The notes under the pieces are model-generated. The model saw nothing but the letters and a program-made list of their open reading frames with translations, was not told the DNA's origin and ran no database searches. A program made the position numbers and the translations under genes. 64,000 nt of DNA from Candidatus Omnitrophota bacterium (GTDB taxonomy: Bacteria; Omnitrophota; Gorgyraeia; Velamenicoccales; JABMQK01): the NCBI GenBank assembly GCA_028711115.1, contig JAQTSV010000001.1, forward strand, positions 1,240,928 through 1,304,927, given 5' to 3'. Below, one piece after another: positions 37,535-47,065 of this stretch. The stretch's first letter is position 1, and each line of letters opens with the position of its first letter.

Positions 37535-38395
37535 TTATTTTAAATATTTGCCCAGAATAATATGTAAATCTTTCTTTACCTTTGAAGGTATAACATCCCG
37601 GGAAGTTATCAGCGCATATTTTAATGCATCCTTGCAAGGACAGGTTCTTTCTTGGGGAATCTTTGTAATGACATCCTTTATTATTTTCTTTGCATTGTCT
37701 ACGTTCTTATTTAAATATTCGATAATCATATCCACACTTACGCTTTCGTGTGTCTCGTGCCAGCAATCATAATCCGTGACAGCTGCCAAAGTAGAATAAC
37801 AAATCTCTGCTTCTCTGGCCAGTTTTGCCTCGGACATATTTGTCATACCTATAATATCCATACCCCAGCTGCGGTAAAGATTGGACTCTGCCTTTGTGGA
37901 AAAAGCCGGGCCTTCCATATTAAGGTAAGTCCCGCCGAGATGAACATTCAAACCCAGTTTCTTTGCCGAATTATAAATTAATTGTGATAAATCCCCACAC
38001 GTGGGATTAGCAAAACCTATGTGACCGACAATGCCGCAATCTAGGAATGTCATCTTTCTGGCCTGATTGGTCCGGTCTACGAATTGATCCGCCAAAACAA
38101 AATCCATCGGTCTATACTCTTCCTTTAAACTTCCGCAGGCAGAAAGAGAAATAATTCTCTCTACGCCGATTTTTTTCATGGCAAAGATGTTCGCCCGGTA
38201 ATTTATCTGGGAAGGATTGATTCTGTGCCCTATCCCGTGGCGCGGCAAGAATGCGACTTCCACGCCGGACAGCTCACCGGTGATTATTTTATCCGAAGGA
38301 GAACCGAAAGGCGTAGTCATCTTTCTCTCCTTCACATTCTTAATTCCCTCTATTTTATATAAACCACTTCCGCCGATTATTCCGATACGAGCCAT
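37535..38395 (-). CDS. mtnP: S-methyl-5'-thioadenosine phosphorylase
   Basis: IGIIGGSGLY, FLPRHG..H, GPAFSTKAES and IGMT patterns of MTAP/PNP family 2. Confidence 0.85.
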   Translation of the reverse strand: MARIGIIGGSGLYKIEGIKNVKERKMTTPFGSPSDKIITGELSGVEVAFLPRHGIGHRINPSQINYRANIFAMKKIGVERIISLSACGSLKEEYRPMDFVLADQFVDRTNQARKMTFLDCGIVGHIGFANPTCGDLSQLIYNSAKKLGLNVHLGGTYLNMEGPAFSTKAESNLYRSWGMDIIGMTNMSEAKLAREAEICYSTLAAVTDYDCWHETHESVSVDMIIEYLNKNVDNAKKIIKDVITKIPQERTCPCKDALKYALITSRDVIPSKVKKDLHIILGKYLK

Positions 38396-38414
38396 ATCTT
38401 ACCTCCTTCAATGA

Positions 38415-38526
38415 GTCCGCCACTATTTATTGGCGGACGAATTGAGCCCCGCCGCATTCTTGCAGAATGCAAGAGGCGGGGTAAATTCAGCCAGCAAAGT
38501 TATTTCGCTTACGCTCCATAACTTTG
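38415..38526. repeat. Cluster of three GC-rich hairpins between proC and mtnP
   Basis: Hairpin 1: gtccgcca-[ctatttat]-tggcggac (38415-38438). Hairpin 2: ccccgcc...ggcgggg with an inner gcattc/gaatgc stem (38447-38481). Hairpin 3: caaagttat-[ttcgcttacgctcc]-ataactttg (38495-38526). No U-tract follows any of them on the minus strand. Confidence 0.6.
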
Positions 38527-38534
38527 GGCTTCAT

Positions 38535-39368
38535 TTAATTTTTCGACAATTCTTTGGCGCGATTTAATGCCGCCTTTGCTGCTTCTTCCAGTGAACCGCC
38601 TCTGTGCAAAACTTCTAATCCTGCTTCGGTGGTACCGCCTTTAGAGGCAATCTGTTTTTTAAATTCTTCTGGTGGTAATTTTGATTTTATGAGCAAATTG
38701 ATGCTTCCCGACGCTGTTGCCCTGGCTAATGCCATTGCATATTGCGGGCTAAAACCCACACTCACAGCTGCTGAGGCAAGCAACAAGGTAAATCCTTTTT
38801 TGAATTCATCCATGGCATGGGGGCTATTTATGTCTATACATTGGGACTCCATTAAATCATAACAATAACCGGGCCCGCTGCCCGAAATAGCTGTGGCTGC
38901 ATCCATTCTTTCTTCGCCCAGCATTAAAATCTCTCCCAAGCTGCTGAATAAATCTTTTGTAAAATCTACGTCCTCGTCGGTGGCAAACCTCCCTTTGCAT
39001 ATGCAGGTTATCGCCTCGCCGATCCTTGCGGGCATATTAGGCATGGTCCGGATAATCCTGGCTTCGCCTAAGTGTTTTTCAATATATCCGGTGGTAATGC
39101 CGGCGGCTATGGAAATTATTAATTTGCCTCTGGCCACGGTTTTTATTTCCTCTAAAACACTCTCAAAATCCTGCGGCTTCACCGCTAACACTACGGCCTC
39201 AACTCTTTTCACCAAATCCACATTATTTTTTGCTACGTAGATACCGCGCGGTTTGCCGATTTTGGTTTTATCCTTATCAAAAATCCATATCTTTATTTTC
39301 TTGGTTTTAACCTTCTCCACCAAACACAAACCCATATTGCCGAAACCAATTATACCCAGTGTTTTCAT
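38535..39368 (-). CDS. proC: Pyrroline-5-carboxylate reductase
   Basis: N-terminal Rossmann IGIIGFGNMG and C-terminal ...SKGGTTEAGL.... Confidence 0.9.
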   Translation of the reverse strand: MKTLGIIGFGNMGLCLVEKVKTKKIKIWIFDKDKTKIGKPRGIYVAKNNVDLVKRVEAVVLAVKPQDFESVLEEIKTVARGKLIISIAAGITTGYIEKHLGEARIIRTMPNMPARIGEAITCICKGRFATDEDVDFTKDLFSSLGEILMLGEERMDAATAISGSGPGYCYDLMESQCIDINSPHAMDEFKKGFTLLLASAAVSVGFSPQYAMALARATASGSINLLIKSKLPPEEFKKQIASKGGTTEAGLEVLHRGGSLEEAAKAALNRAKELSKN

Positions 39369-40096
39369 CTTCCTCCCCCGAAAATAGCTGTGCCTATGCG
39401 CAGCATATTCGCCCCTTCTTCTATGGCGATTTCATAATCCTGCGACATACCCATAGAAAGAAGATCCATTCTAATCTTCTCTTTGAACAACGGTTCGTTA
39501 ATTTTATTTATCTGGTCGCGTAACTGACGCAGCCTGCGAAAATATGGGCGCGTCTCTTCTTCATCTTTAACCGCAGGTGCCATAGTCATAAGGCCACGCA
39601 CACAAATATTATTCAATTCAGCCAGCTCTTTAATTAAATTTAAAACCGCGTCTTCTGTTGCGCCGAATTTCGATTCCTCTTGCGATGTGTTAACTTCGAT
39701 CAAAATATCTTTCTTAATCCCTCTTTCTCTAGCTGCTTCATTTATCTTCTGCGCAAGTTTCTGGCTATCCACTGATTGAATCATATCAAATATATCCACT
39801 GCTTTATTGACTTTATTAGTCTGTAAGTGACCAACCATATGAAAATTAAAAGATAAATTTATTTTCTTTGCGTATTCAGTTAAGTCTGCAATCTTATCCT
39901 GCGCTTCCTGGACTTTGCTTTCTCCGATATGTGTTATTCCGGCATCCAAAACCTGGTGTATTTCCTCCCGCGTCCTATTTTTACTTACGCAGACGATAAT
40001 TATATCTGAAACTTTAGTGCCTGTTTTATTTGCCGCATTAGAGATATTCTCACGGATTGCTTCTATGTTTTGTTTTATCGACATAATCAAATCCAT
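39365..40096 (-). CDS. yggS: YggS-family pyridoxal phosphate homeostasis protein
   Basis: ...VSKNRT..., GHLQTNKV, SMGMSQDYEIAIEEGANMLRIGTAIFG. Confidence 0.85.
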   Translation of the reverse strand: MDLIMSIKQNIEAIRENISNAANKTGTKVSDIIIVCVSKNRTREEIHQVLDAGITHIGESKVQEAQDKIADLTEYAKKINLSFNFHMVGHLQTNKVNKAVDIFDMIQSVDSQKLAQKINEAARERGIKKDILIEVNTSQEESKFGATEDAVLNLIKELAELNNICVRGLMTMAPAVKDEEETRPYFRRLRQLRDQINKINEPLFKEKIRMDLLSMGMSQDYEIAIEEGANMLRIGTAIFGGGR

Positions 40097-40243
40097 CTAA
40101 TCTCTAACGGAATAAATTAACATAAATAAATATGAGTGTCAATGGAAAGCTCGATTATAAATGAATTCAACCGGTTATCTTGCTAAATAAAATCCCGGAT
40201 GGCTTTTGGGAAGGGAAACTTTCGGACTTTTATTTTGTATCTT

Positions 40244-40498
40244 TTATTTCTTAAATGCCGCCCTGGAGAATGTCAATAAAACTATAAGATATGCTGCTGT
40301 CCTGATCAGTATCAACACAAATGCCAGCGATCTCGCTGCGTGCAATACCAACATAAGATGAGAAATACCGAACAGACCAAAAGCAATGGCAATACTCATA
40401 ATCATACGATTATTGCTTTTTTTGAACCCTAAATAACCAAAGGCAAAAATTATTACACACAGCATCAGATTTAATACGGTAATCGGATTTACGTTCAT
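40244..40498 (-). CDS. Small hypothetical membrane protein (84 aa, about 3 TM)
   Basis: Supported only by the ORF and its hydrophobicity. Confidence 0.4.
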   Translation of the reverse strand: MNVNPITVLNLMLCVIIFAFGYLGFKKSNNRMIMSIAIAFGLFGISHLMLVLHAARSLAFVLILIRTAAYLIVLLTFSRAAFKK

Positions 40499-40535
40499 GT
40501 CTTATCTGCCTCCTTTTTAAGATACAGAATGATTT

Positions 40536-41000
40536 CTACTTCTTTTCTTTTTCAGAAAATTTCTGGTGACCGACAAAGATAAGAATAATAAGGGCAACCA
40601 AAAGCGACAAAAACCTCATCCAATCCTGCAGTTCAAACCAATACCAGACATAACCATCTATTAGGGTAAGGATACCGCCGAACATAAACCCAGTTCCTAC
40701 AGAGTGGATTGGCATAATCAGGCCTATAATAATCGCCGCTATACCCACGGGAACCGCCACAAAAAATAGAGACCTTTGAAAACCCCTGTAATCCCGCCTT
40801 TCCTTATTTTCCAGTTGGGCCTTTTCTTTTTCTAAGCGCACCTTCTCTTCGGGAGGAGCACTCTGAAAACGTTTATAATAATTTTCAATCTGATAGTTCT
40901 GCGCAAGCGGCAAAGGGCTAAATGTCCTTACTCCATAATGAATCATCAAAGGAAAAATAACTGCAATACCAAAGCCTAAAGCAAACTTCTTTACCAACAT
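40536..41000 (-). CDS. Hypothetical membrane protein (154 aa)
   Basis: An N-terminal TM, a charged coiled segment (EEKVRLEKEKAQLENKERRD), then three more hydrophobic segments. Confidence 0.45.
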   Translation of the reverse strand: MLVKKFALGFGIAVIFPLMIHYGVRTFSPLPLAQNYQIENYYKRFQSAPPEEKVRLEKEKAQLENKERRDYRGFQRSLFFVAVPVGIAAIIIGLIMPIHSVGTGFMFGGILTLIDGYVWYWFELQDWMRFLSLLVALIILIFVGHQKFSEKEKK

Positions 41001-41103
41001 CTCTAATCCTCCTGCTTTAAATTCTTAATTACAAATGTTATCTTAGCTCTGTTGGCTTATTTTGACAAGCTTTAAAATGACAAACGGATAAGGCGAATTT
41101 GAT

Positions 41104-42327
41104 CTAGAAATAATCCTGATAGAGGTTACGGATAAAATTGGTTGCGCGCTCAAGAGGAGTCTTACCCATAAGATAACTCTTCAGACTGGGCAGGTTTTTA
41201 GCATCGGAATAATAAATAAGGCCAACAGCAGCTGCAAATTGCGGACCCAAAGCACCTCCGCCGGAAGAAACATCCTTAATATGGCCTAATCTCACAGGCA
41301 TCCCCGTAGAGGATTCTATTTTTTCCAGGATGCCTTCCAAATTGGCTGCCCCTCCTACGCCGACTATGCCAGATGTCATTTTGTCTTTCCAGATGCTGGA
41401 ATGGATAGCGCTTCTAACCTTACCCAGAAATTCCTCAAGCCTTATCTTGGCGGCTTCATAAATTGCGCTGCGTTCCAAGGTCTTATAAGAACCGAAGCGC
41501 CTGACCACTACTTTATCAGAAGCCTTGGGGTCTTGTGCTGATAAAACCAGCGATGACTTCTTTAGATCTTCAGCTAATTCCCAGGGCAGTTCCAGGCTCT
41601 TGGAAATATCATCTGTGATATCGTTTCCGCCAAAAGGTATTATTTTAAAATCGCGCAGGATTTTATCTTTGAAGAATAAAAGGCTGGTAAAACACGCCCC
41701 TAAATCTATGAGTAAGACACCTTTTTCTTTTTCCTCTGCGGAAAGAACGCTGAAACCAGAGGCTACCCCCGAATATAAAACGTCCTCTATGTCATAACCT
41801 GCCTGTTGAACAGCTGTCTTAACATTGCCTAACAATGTATGGGAAGCACTGAGAAGATAAGAATTCAACTTAATCTTTCTGGCCAATAAACCCAGCGGAT
41901 TAAAAGTGGAATGGTCATCATCTAAAATATATGTCTGGGGGAATTCATGCAGAATTGTCTCGTCCATATGCACGCCCAAGAGCTTGGCTTGGCGCCTCAG
42001 GTAATTTATATCGGCAAGACTTATCTGGCGGTTGGCTATCTCGGATAATGCCACAGCGGCAAAACTGTAACGCGCATGGATATAGTCGCCATTTACGCTG
42101 ATTAAAATGCTCTTTATATTTATGCCTGTTTCGCTGCTTAATTTATCTAAGATTTGCTGGATGCAATCGACCAAATCGGCAAGTTCGGCGACCCGGCCTT
42201 TTGATAAACCGCGCACCGGCGAAGTAGCAGTCGCCAGAATATTTATACGTTGCTTCTCGGCTTTAGCCAATACAGCGGTAAGTTTGGAATTACCAATATC
42301 TAAACTACAGAATATTTTTCTTTTCAT
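41104..42327 (-). CDS. ftsA: Cell division protein FtsA
   Basis: Actin/HSP70 fold (LDIGNSKLTAV, LIDLGACFTS, GVGGAANLEG). It follows ftsQ in the dcw cluster. Confidence 0.85.
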   Translation of the reverse strand: MKRKIFCSLDIGNSKLTAVLAKAEKQRINILATATSPVRGLSKGRVAELADLVDCIQQILDKLSSETGINIKSILISVNGDYIHARYSFAAVALSEIANRQISLADINYLRRQAKLLGVHMDETILHEFPQTYILDDDHSTFNPLGLLARKIKLNSYLLSASHTLLGNVKTAVQQAGYDIEDVLYSGVASGFSVLSAEEKEKGVLLIDLGACFTSLLFFKDKILRDFKIIPFGGNDITDDISKSLELPWELAEDLKKSSLVLSAQDPKASDKVVVRRFGSYKTLERSAIYEAAKIRLEEFLGKVRSAIHSSIWKDKMTSGIVGVGGAANLEGILEKIESSTGMPVRLGHIKDVSSGGGALGPQFAAAVGLIYYSDAKNLPSLKSYLMGKTPLERATNFIRNLYQDYF

Positions 42328-43114
42328 TCTTAAAAGATACTGCCGGTTCCATGAAACGTAGGTCTATGTACTGAACCTGGTCTATCCTTTTTTGTATCGA
42401 AGGTAGCAACTTTATGAATAGTTGTACTTGCCTATCTAAATTATTTTTATAGAATCTGACTTCTATGCCGGTAAAATAAACATACAGGCTGGGATATTTA
42501 GCCAGGTCTATCTCAAACCTGCTGCTTGCGGCTTGAGGAATCAAAGGTATTAGCTGAGGCAGAATATTTCTTAAGGATTGGACTAAACGAAGGCCTGTCT
42601 TAAGTTGCTCTATATTTATTTTCTTGCCGAAGGAAAAACTGGAAATGCCTTTTAGATTAGAAATAATCATAAAATTCTCAAAAGGTGTGCTGGACATATC
42701 CGAGACTATTACGCCTTCGTTATCCACTAAAAAGAAACCCCTCTGTTTTATCTGGGCCAAAGGCCTGCGTATAATAAGATTGATAGTTACCTGATCCGGA
42801 AAATTTCTTGTTACCTCTAATTCATGGAATTGCGGATTATCAATTTTTATCTCATCTTTTTTTCTGCCTAAATCTATACCGAAAATATTTTCATTTAAAA
42901 ATATTGCAGATATCTGCTGGGCAGTTTTTTTATCGTTTATGCCGTTAAGCACTACTTTCTTTATATTGAAGTAAGAAGAATTATTCAGGTATGACCTTAC
43001 GCCTAAAATTAAGAGCCAGATAGAGAGCAAAAATGCAAAGGTCGGAACCAGGGTAATCACCAGTGTCCGTAATTGATGCTTGTTATTTTTAGTGCCTCTG
43101 AAACTTTTTCTCAT
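42305..43114 (-). CDS. ftsQ: Cell division protein FtsQ (POTRA domain)
   Basis: A single N-terminal TM and a POTRA-like region (FNIKKVVLNGIN...). It lies between ddl and ftsA. Confidence 0.7.
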   Translation of the reverse strand: MRKSFRGTKNNKHQLRTLVITLVPTFAFLLSIWLLILGVRSYLNNSSYFNIKKVVLNGINDKKTAQQISAIFLNENIFGIDLGRKKDEIKIDNPQFHELEVTRNFPDQVTINLIIRRPLAQIKQRGFFLVDNEGVIVSDMSSTPFENFMIISNLKGISSFSFGKKINIEQLKTGLRLVQSLRNILPQLIPLIPQAASSRFEIDLAKYPSLYVYFTGIEVRFYKNNLDRQVQLFIKLLPSIQKRIDQVQYIDLRFMEPAVSFKNEKKNIL

Positions 43115-44058
43115 CTGTTCAGTGTGGGGACAGCGTCCTTCAAAGCCAAAGTTATGAGTTTAATACATAACTGCGTAAATGTGATGCCTTCGTAGAGTGC
43201 GGCTTTGGGCAAGAGACTTGTGGCAGTAAAACCCGGGATTGTATTAATCTCCAGGACAAAAGGATTATTATCTTTATCCAGAAGCAAGTCCACTCTCGAG
43301 AAATGACGACACCCTAACGCCTTGTGTGCCTTCAAAGACACGGCCTGCACTTTATTGCGCAAATCCGCATCCAGCGGCGCAGGCAGCATATATTCAGTCA
43401 TACCTTTATTGTACTTGGCTTTGTAATCGAAGAAAATATTTTTGGGCACAATCTGAATTGGCTCTAGGGCTTTGTCATCTAATATACCCACAGTCAGCTC
43501 TTTACCTTGTATATATTCCTCGATTATAATATTATTATCGTATCCGAAAGCTGAATCCAAAGCCGGGCCTAGCTCCTCAACTCTCTGCACAAAAGAAACT
43601 CCGATACTTGAGCCTTGTGACTGAGGCTTCACCACTAAAGGCAATTGTAATTCTTTTTTTAAAAGACTATTTCTTTTCTCTATATTTAAGACTTTGCATT
43701 TAGGTACAGGGATATTATTTTCTTCAAACACGCTGCGGGAAGCAATCTTATCCATTGCCAGGGCGCTGGCCAGAGAATCAGAGCCCACATAGGTTATATT
43801 CATTTTTTCTAATATTGCCTGTAGTTTTCCGTCTTCGCCAAACCTGCCATGCATAGCGATAAAGGCCACATCTATACCAAAATTATGGATAATCTCTTCT
43901 ACTTTATCCGGCTCTTCAGTAGTCAGATCTATTTCCCGTACATTCAGGCCTTCATTTATCAATGCCTCGCAGACAGCCTTGCCTGATTTAACGGAAATTT
44001 CCCGTTCGCTGGAAAGCCCACCAAAGATTACGCCAATCTTACCCAAATTAGAATACAA
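43111..44058 (-). CDS. ddl: D-alanine--D-alanine ligase
   Basis: GGLSSEREISVKSG, HGRFGEDG, VKPQSQGSSIGV and LEINTIPG. Confidence 0.9.
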   Translation of the reverse strand: MYSNLGKIGVIFGGLSSEREISVKSGKAVCEALINEGLNVREIDLTTEEPDKVEEIIHNFGIDVAFIAMHGRFGEDGKLQAILEKMNITYVGSDSLASALAMDKIASRSVFEENNIPVPKCKVLNIEKRNSLLKKELQLPLVVKPQSQGSSIGVSFVQRVEELGPALDSAFGYDNNIIIEEYIQGKELTVGILDDKALEPIQIVPKNIFFDYKAKYNKGMTEYMLPAPLDADLRNKVQAVSLKAHKALGCRHFSRVDLLLDKDNNPFVLEINTIPGFTATSLLPKAALYEGITFTQLCIKLITLALKDAVPTLNR

Positions 44059-44944
44059 TCTTAATCTCCTCTGTTAATCCTATGCCAAAATTATTCCTTA
44101 CTTTTCTTTTTGCCAATTGAATCAATTTTACCACATCATTGGCAGTTGCACGATTAAAATTTAAAATAAAATTCGCATGTTTGTGGGAAATCATTGCTCC
44201 GCCGAAACGTCTGCCTTTAAGACCGCACCTGTCAATCAGCGCCCCCGCCGACAAATACACTGAGGGATTCTTGAAAATACAACCCGCACTCGGTTTGGAA
44301 ATGTCCTGTCTCATATTGCGGCAGGACAAAAAATATTCGATGCGGCTTCTTATTGACTTTTTGTCATCTCTATTCAATTTTAAACGTACCTCTAAAATTA
44401 TGTATTTTTTTAGATTTGATTTTCTGTAGCCAAATTTTAATTTTCTTTTGGATAAATTTAAAATCTGCCCTCGCTTATTCAGAACGCCTACCTTATCTAT
44501 AATGTCTGACATCTCCCATCTTTTATTATCGACTGTAACCCCGGCATTCATCACTGCTGCGCCGCCGATACTGCCGGGTATACCGGTTAAAAATTCGTAA
44601 CCGCTGGATTTGGTCTTGGTTAGATATTTTATCAGCTGCGGGACTCCTACGCCGGCACCGACAGTCAGAATATTATTCTTCAAACTGATCCGTTTAAAAA
44701 ATGGCGAAGTGAGTTTTATAACTATACCTTTAAAACCCTTATCGCTTATCAAAAGATTCGTGCCATTACCGATAACGAGATAAGGAATTTTATTTTTTTT
44801 TGCCTGGCGCAGGCAATTTATTAAATCCTCAGTGTCTTTCGGTTCAAATAAAACAGAAGCCGCGCCTCCTATTTTAAAACTGGTATATTTACTGAGCGGC
44901 TCTTTAAACCTTACTCTTCCTTTTAAGTTCTCTAACCAGACCAT
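44048..44944 (-). CDS. murB: UDP-N-acetylenolpyruvoylglucosamine reductase
   Basis: FAD-binding GNGTNLL and GIPGSIGGAAVMNAG, and C-terminal SAGCIFKNP. Confidence 0.9.
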   Translation of the reverse strand: MVWLENLKGRVRFKEPLSKYTSFKIGGAASVLFEPKDTEDLINCLRQAKKNKIPYLVIGNGTNLLISDKGFKGIVIKLTSPFFKRISLKNNILTVGAGVGVPQLIKYLTKTKSSGYEFLTGIPGSIGGAAVMNAGVTVDNKRWEMSDIIDKVGVLNKRGQILNLSKRKLKFGYRKSNLKKYIILEVRLKLNRDDKKSIRSRIEYFLSCRNMRQDISKPSAGCIFKNPSVYLSAGALIDRCGLKGRRFGGAMISHKHANFILNFNRATANDVVKLIQLAKRKVRNNFGIGLTEEIKIVF

Positions 44945-46295
44945 AACAAATTTTATTTATATCTCCGGCCCCCAGAAAAAGCAACAAATCACCTTTTTGG
45001 ACAAAATTTAAAACTTCCGTGACTAGCATATTCCTGTCTGCAAACCGTGTCTGCGGCTTTGCGAATTTATTCATTATGTTGTATAGATTAGCAACATCTA
45101 CTCCGTCAATTTTAGTCTCACCGGCAGAATAGATATCGGTTATAAACAAATAATCAGCATCAAAAAAACTCTTGCTGAATTTTTCTAAAAGATATTTCAT
45201 ACGGGTATAGCGGTGAGGCTGGAATACAACCACCAGGCGTTTTTTATTCAGCCTCTTTGCGGTCTCTATTGTGGCGCGTATCTCCGTGGGATGATGGGCA
45301 TAATCGTTAATGACTAAAATATCATCCTGGTTATACTCTACCTGAAATCTTCTCTTTGCCCCTGAAAAGCTCTTTAGCGCTTTCTTAATTAAACCTTCAT
45401 CTAGCTTAAGTTCTAACCCCAGAGCAATAACTGACAAAGAATTAGATATATTGTGTCTGCCGGCTATAGATAATCCGAATTTATCCACAAATTTATTCTT
45501 ATAAAAGACATCGAATTGCGAACTAAAAGAATCAAATTTTATATTAGAGGCGTAAATATCTGCTTTTTCATCCAAGCCAAAACTTATATTTCTCTTTTTG
45601 ATGTCTTTAATGATATTATAAAGCTCTTTATCGTCAAAACACCAGAATACGCATCCGTCTTTCTGCGTATTCAAAATAAATTTTTTAAATGCCTCTCTGA
45701 CATTTTCGAAAGTCTGATAAAAATCGAGGTGTTCATAATCAATATTCGTTATGATTGAATAATCGGGCTTATAAAACAAAAATGATCCGTCGCTTTCATC
45801 TGCCTCGGCTACAAAATATTTCCCCAGCCCCAGCTTTGCATTATTGGAAATATTATTCACTATGCCTCCTACGGCTATAGTGGGAGATAAATTTGCCTCG
45901 TTTAAAAGATGGGCAGCCAAAGACGAAGTAGTGGTTTTTCCGTGCGCTCCGGTTACTGCGATAACAGTCTGCTTATCCATAAGAGAAGCCAACAATTCCG
46001 CTCTCTTGACCACGGCAATCTTTTTTCTTATCGCTTCATCCAATTCACAGTTCTCAGAAGTAATCGCAGAAGAGTAAACAATTAAATCTTTGTCTTTTAT
46101 ACATTCGCGGCTGTGGCCGATATGAATATCAGCTCCCAGCCGGGCTAAATTCTGTGTGCTATCAGATTCATTAATATCAGAACCGGAAACTTTATACCCT
46201 TTTTTAAGGCACAATTGCGCAATGCCGCTCATGCCGATACCGCCAATACCAATAAAATGAATCCTTTTGCTCATGTGTTTAAATGATTTAGCCAC
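44904..46295 (-). CDS. murC: UDP-N-acetylmuramate--L-alanine ligase
   Basis: IHFIGIGGIGMSGIA and the Mur ligase P-loop VTGAHGKTTTSS, with DYAHHPTE. Confidence 0.9.
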   Translation of the reverse strand: MAKSFKHMSKRIHFIGIGGIGMSGIAQLCLKKGYKVSGSDINESDSTQNLARLGADIHIGHSRECIKDKDLIVYSSAITSENCELDEAIRKKIAVVKRAELLASLMDKQTVIAVTGAHGKTTTSSLAAHLLNEANLSPTIAVGGIVNNISNNAKLGLGKYFVAEADESDGSFLFYKPDYSIITNIDYEHLDFYQTFENVREAFKKFILNTQKDGCVFWCFDDKELYNIIKDIKKRNISFGLDEKADIYASNIKFDSFSSQFDVFYKNKFVDKFGLSIAGRHNISNSLSVIALGLELKLDEGLIKKALKSFSGAKRRFQVEYNQDDILVINDYAHHPTEIRATIETAKRLNKKRLVVVFQPHRYTRMKYLLEKFSKSFFDADYLFITDIYSAGETKIDGVDVANLYNIMNKFAKPQTRFADRNMLVTEVLNFVQKGDLLLFLGAGDINKICYGLVRELKRKSKV

Positions 46296-47065
46296 TGCCT
46301 ATAGAGTTCGCGGCTATCCCTTAAATCAAAATATGTCTTATTCAAAGCCTGATCCAAACTGTTATTTTCTTTTAAACTTTTGCACAACAGGGCAAATCTG
46401 TATTTATCGAAATTATTTATGAGAAAATAGATAATACTTACGGCCTCTGCATAAAATACTTCTGCGTCTTCATTATTAACAATATCCTGGGGGCTTTTTA
46501 CCTTAGACAATTCATCAATACTCAATAATTTATTCTTTGACAAAAATTCCTTTACCATGCTTGTGGAAGCATAACGTTTAGACCTTTCCTGATAGCTGGC
46601 TATGCCTTCCTCAAACCAAAGCGGAATATTACTATTCTCAAACCCCACGAATTCCCTGAAGATTATATGGCCTAATTCATGCGGGAGTATGGAATCAAAA
46701 AATCCCGCGGCATGCGGATAAGTCCATATTTTTTTGTCCCGATAGGAAGCGCAGCCTCCTGACCAGTCGGGCTGCCCGGTTTCTTTTTGATATGAAGTCC
46801 TATCTGGAAAGATATAAATATTGGCCCGCTCATCCCAAAGCCAAAAATTATAACGGTGGTAACCCAAATTATTGGCAATCTCATCGTAATAACCTTCAGC
46901 TGTTTTGATAATATCGTCGATAAAATCCCCTTCTACGCCAGCTTTGTAATAAATTATAAAATGCGTGCTGCGTTTTTCCTGAAAATTATCATTTAAAGCA
47001 TGTGCATAAAAACTGACGGACAAAAAAGTAATTACAGCTAAAGAGATTATCTTGAATAATTGCAT
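46271..47065 (-). CDS. Secreted zinc metallopeptidase, peptidase MA (gluzincin)-like
   Basis: Signal peptide MQLFKIISLAVITFLSVSFYAHA. HExxH in LPHELGHIIF, with a downstream Glu in WFEEGIASY. Confidence 0.6.
   Translation of the reverse strand: MQLFKIISLAVITFLSVSFYAHALNDNFQEKRSTHFIIYYKAGVEGDFIDDIIKTAEGYYDEIANNLGYHRYNFWLWDERANIYIFPDRTSYQKETGQPDWSGGCASYRDKKIWTYPHAAGFFDSILPHELGHIIFREFVGFENSNIPLWFEEGIASYQERSKRYASTSMVKEFLSKNKLLSIDELSKVKSPQDIVNNEDAEVFYAEAVSIIYFLINNFDKYRFALLCKSLKENNSLDQALNKTYFDLRDSRELYRQWLNHLNT

Noticed and set aside
37521-37637. A 39-codon N-terminal extension of ileS that overlaps the 3' end of mtnP.
   Set aside because: The canonical IleS N-terminus MDYKNTLNLPKTEF starts at 37520. 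The extension is Cys/Gly-rich with no homology-like features.
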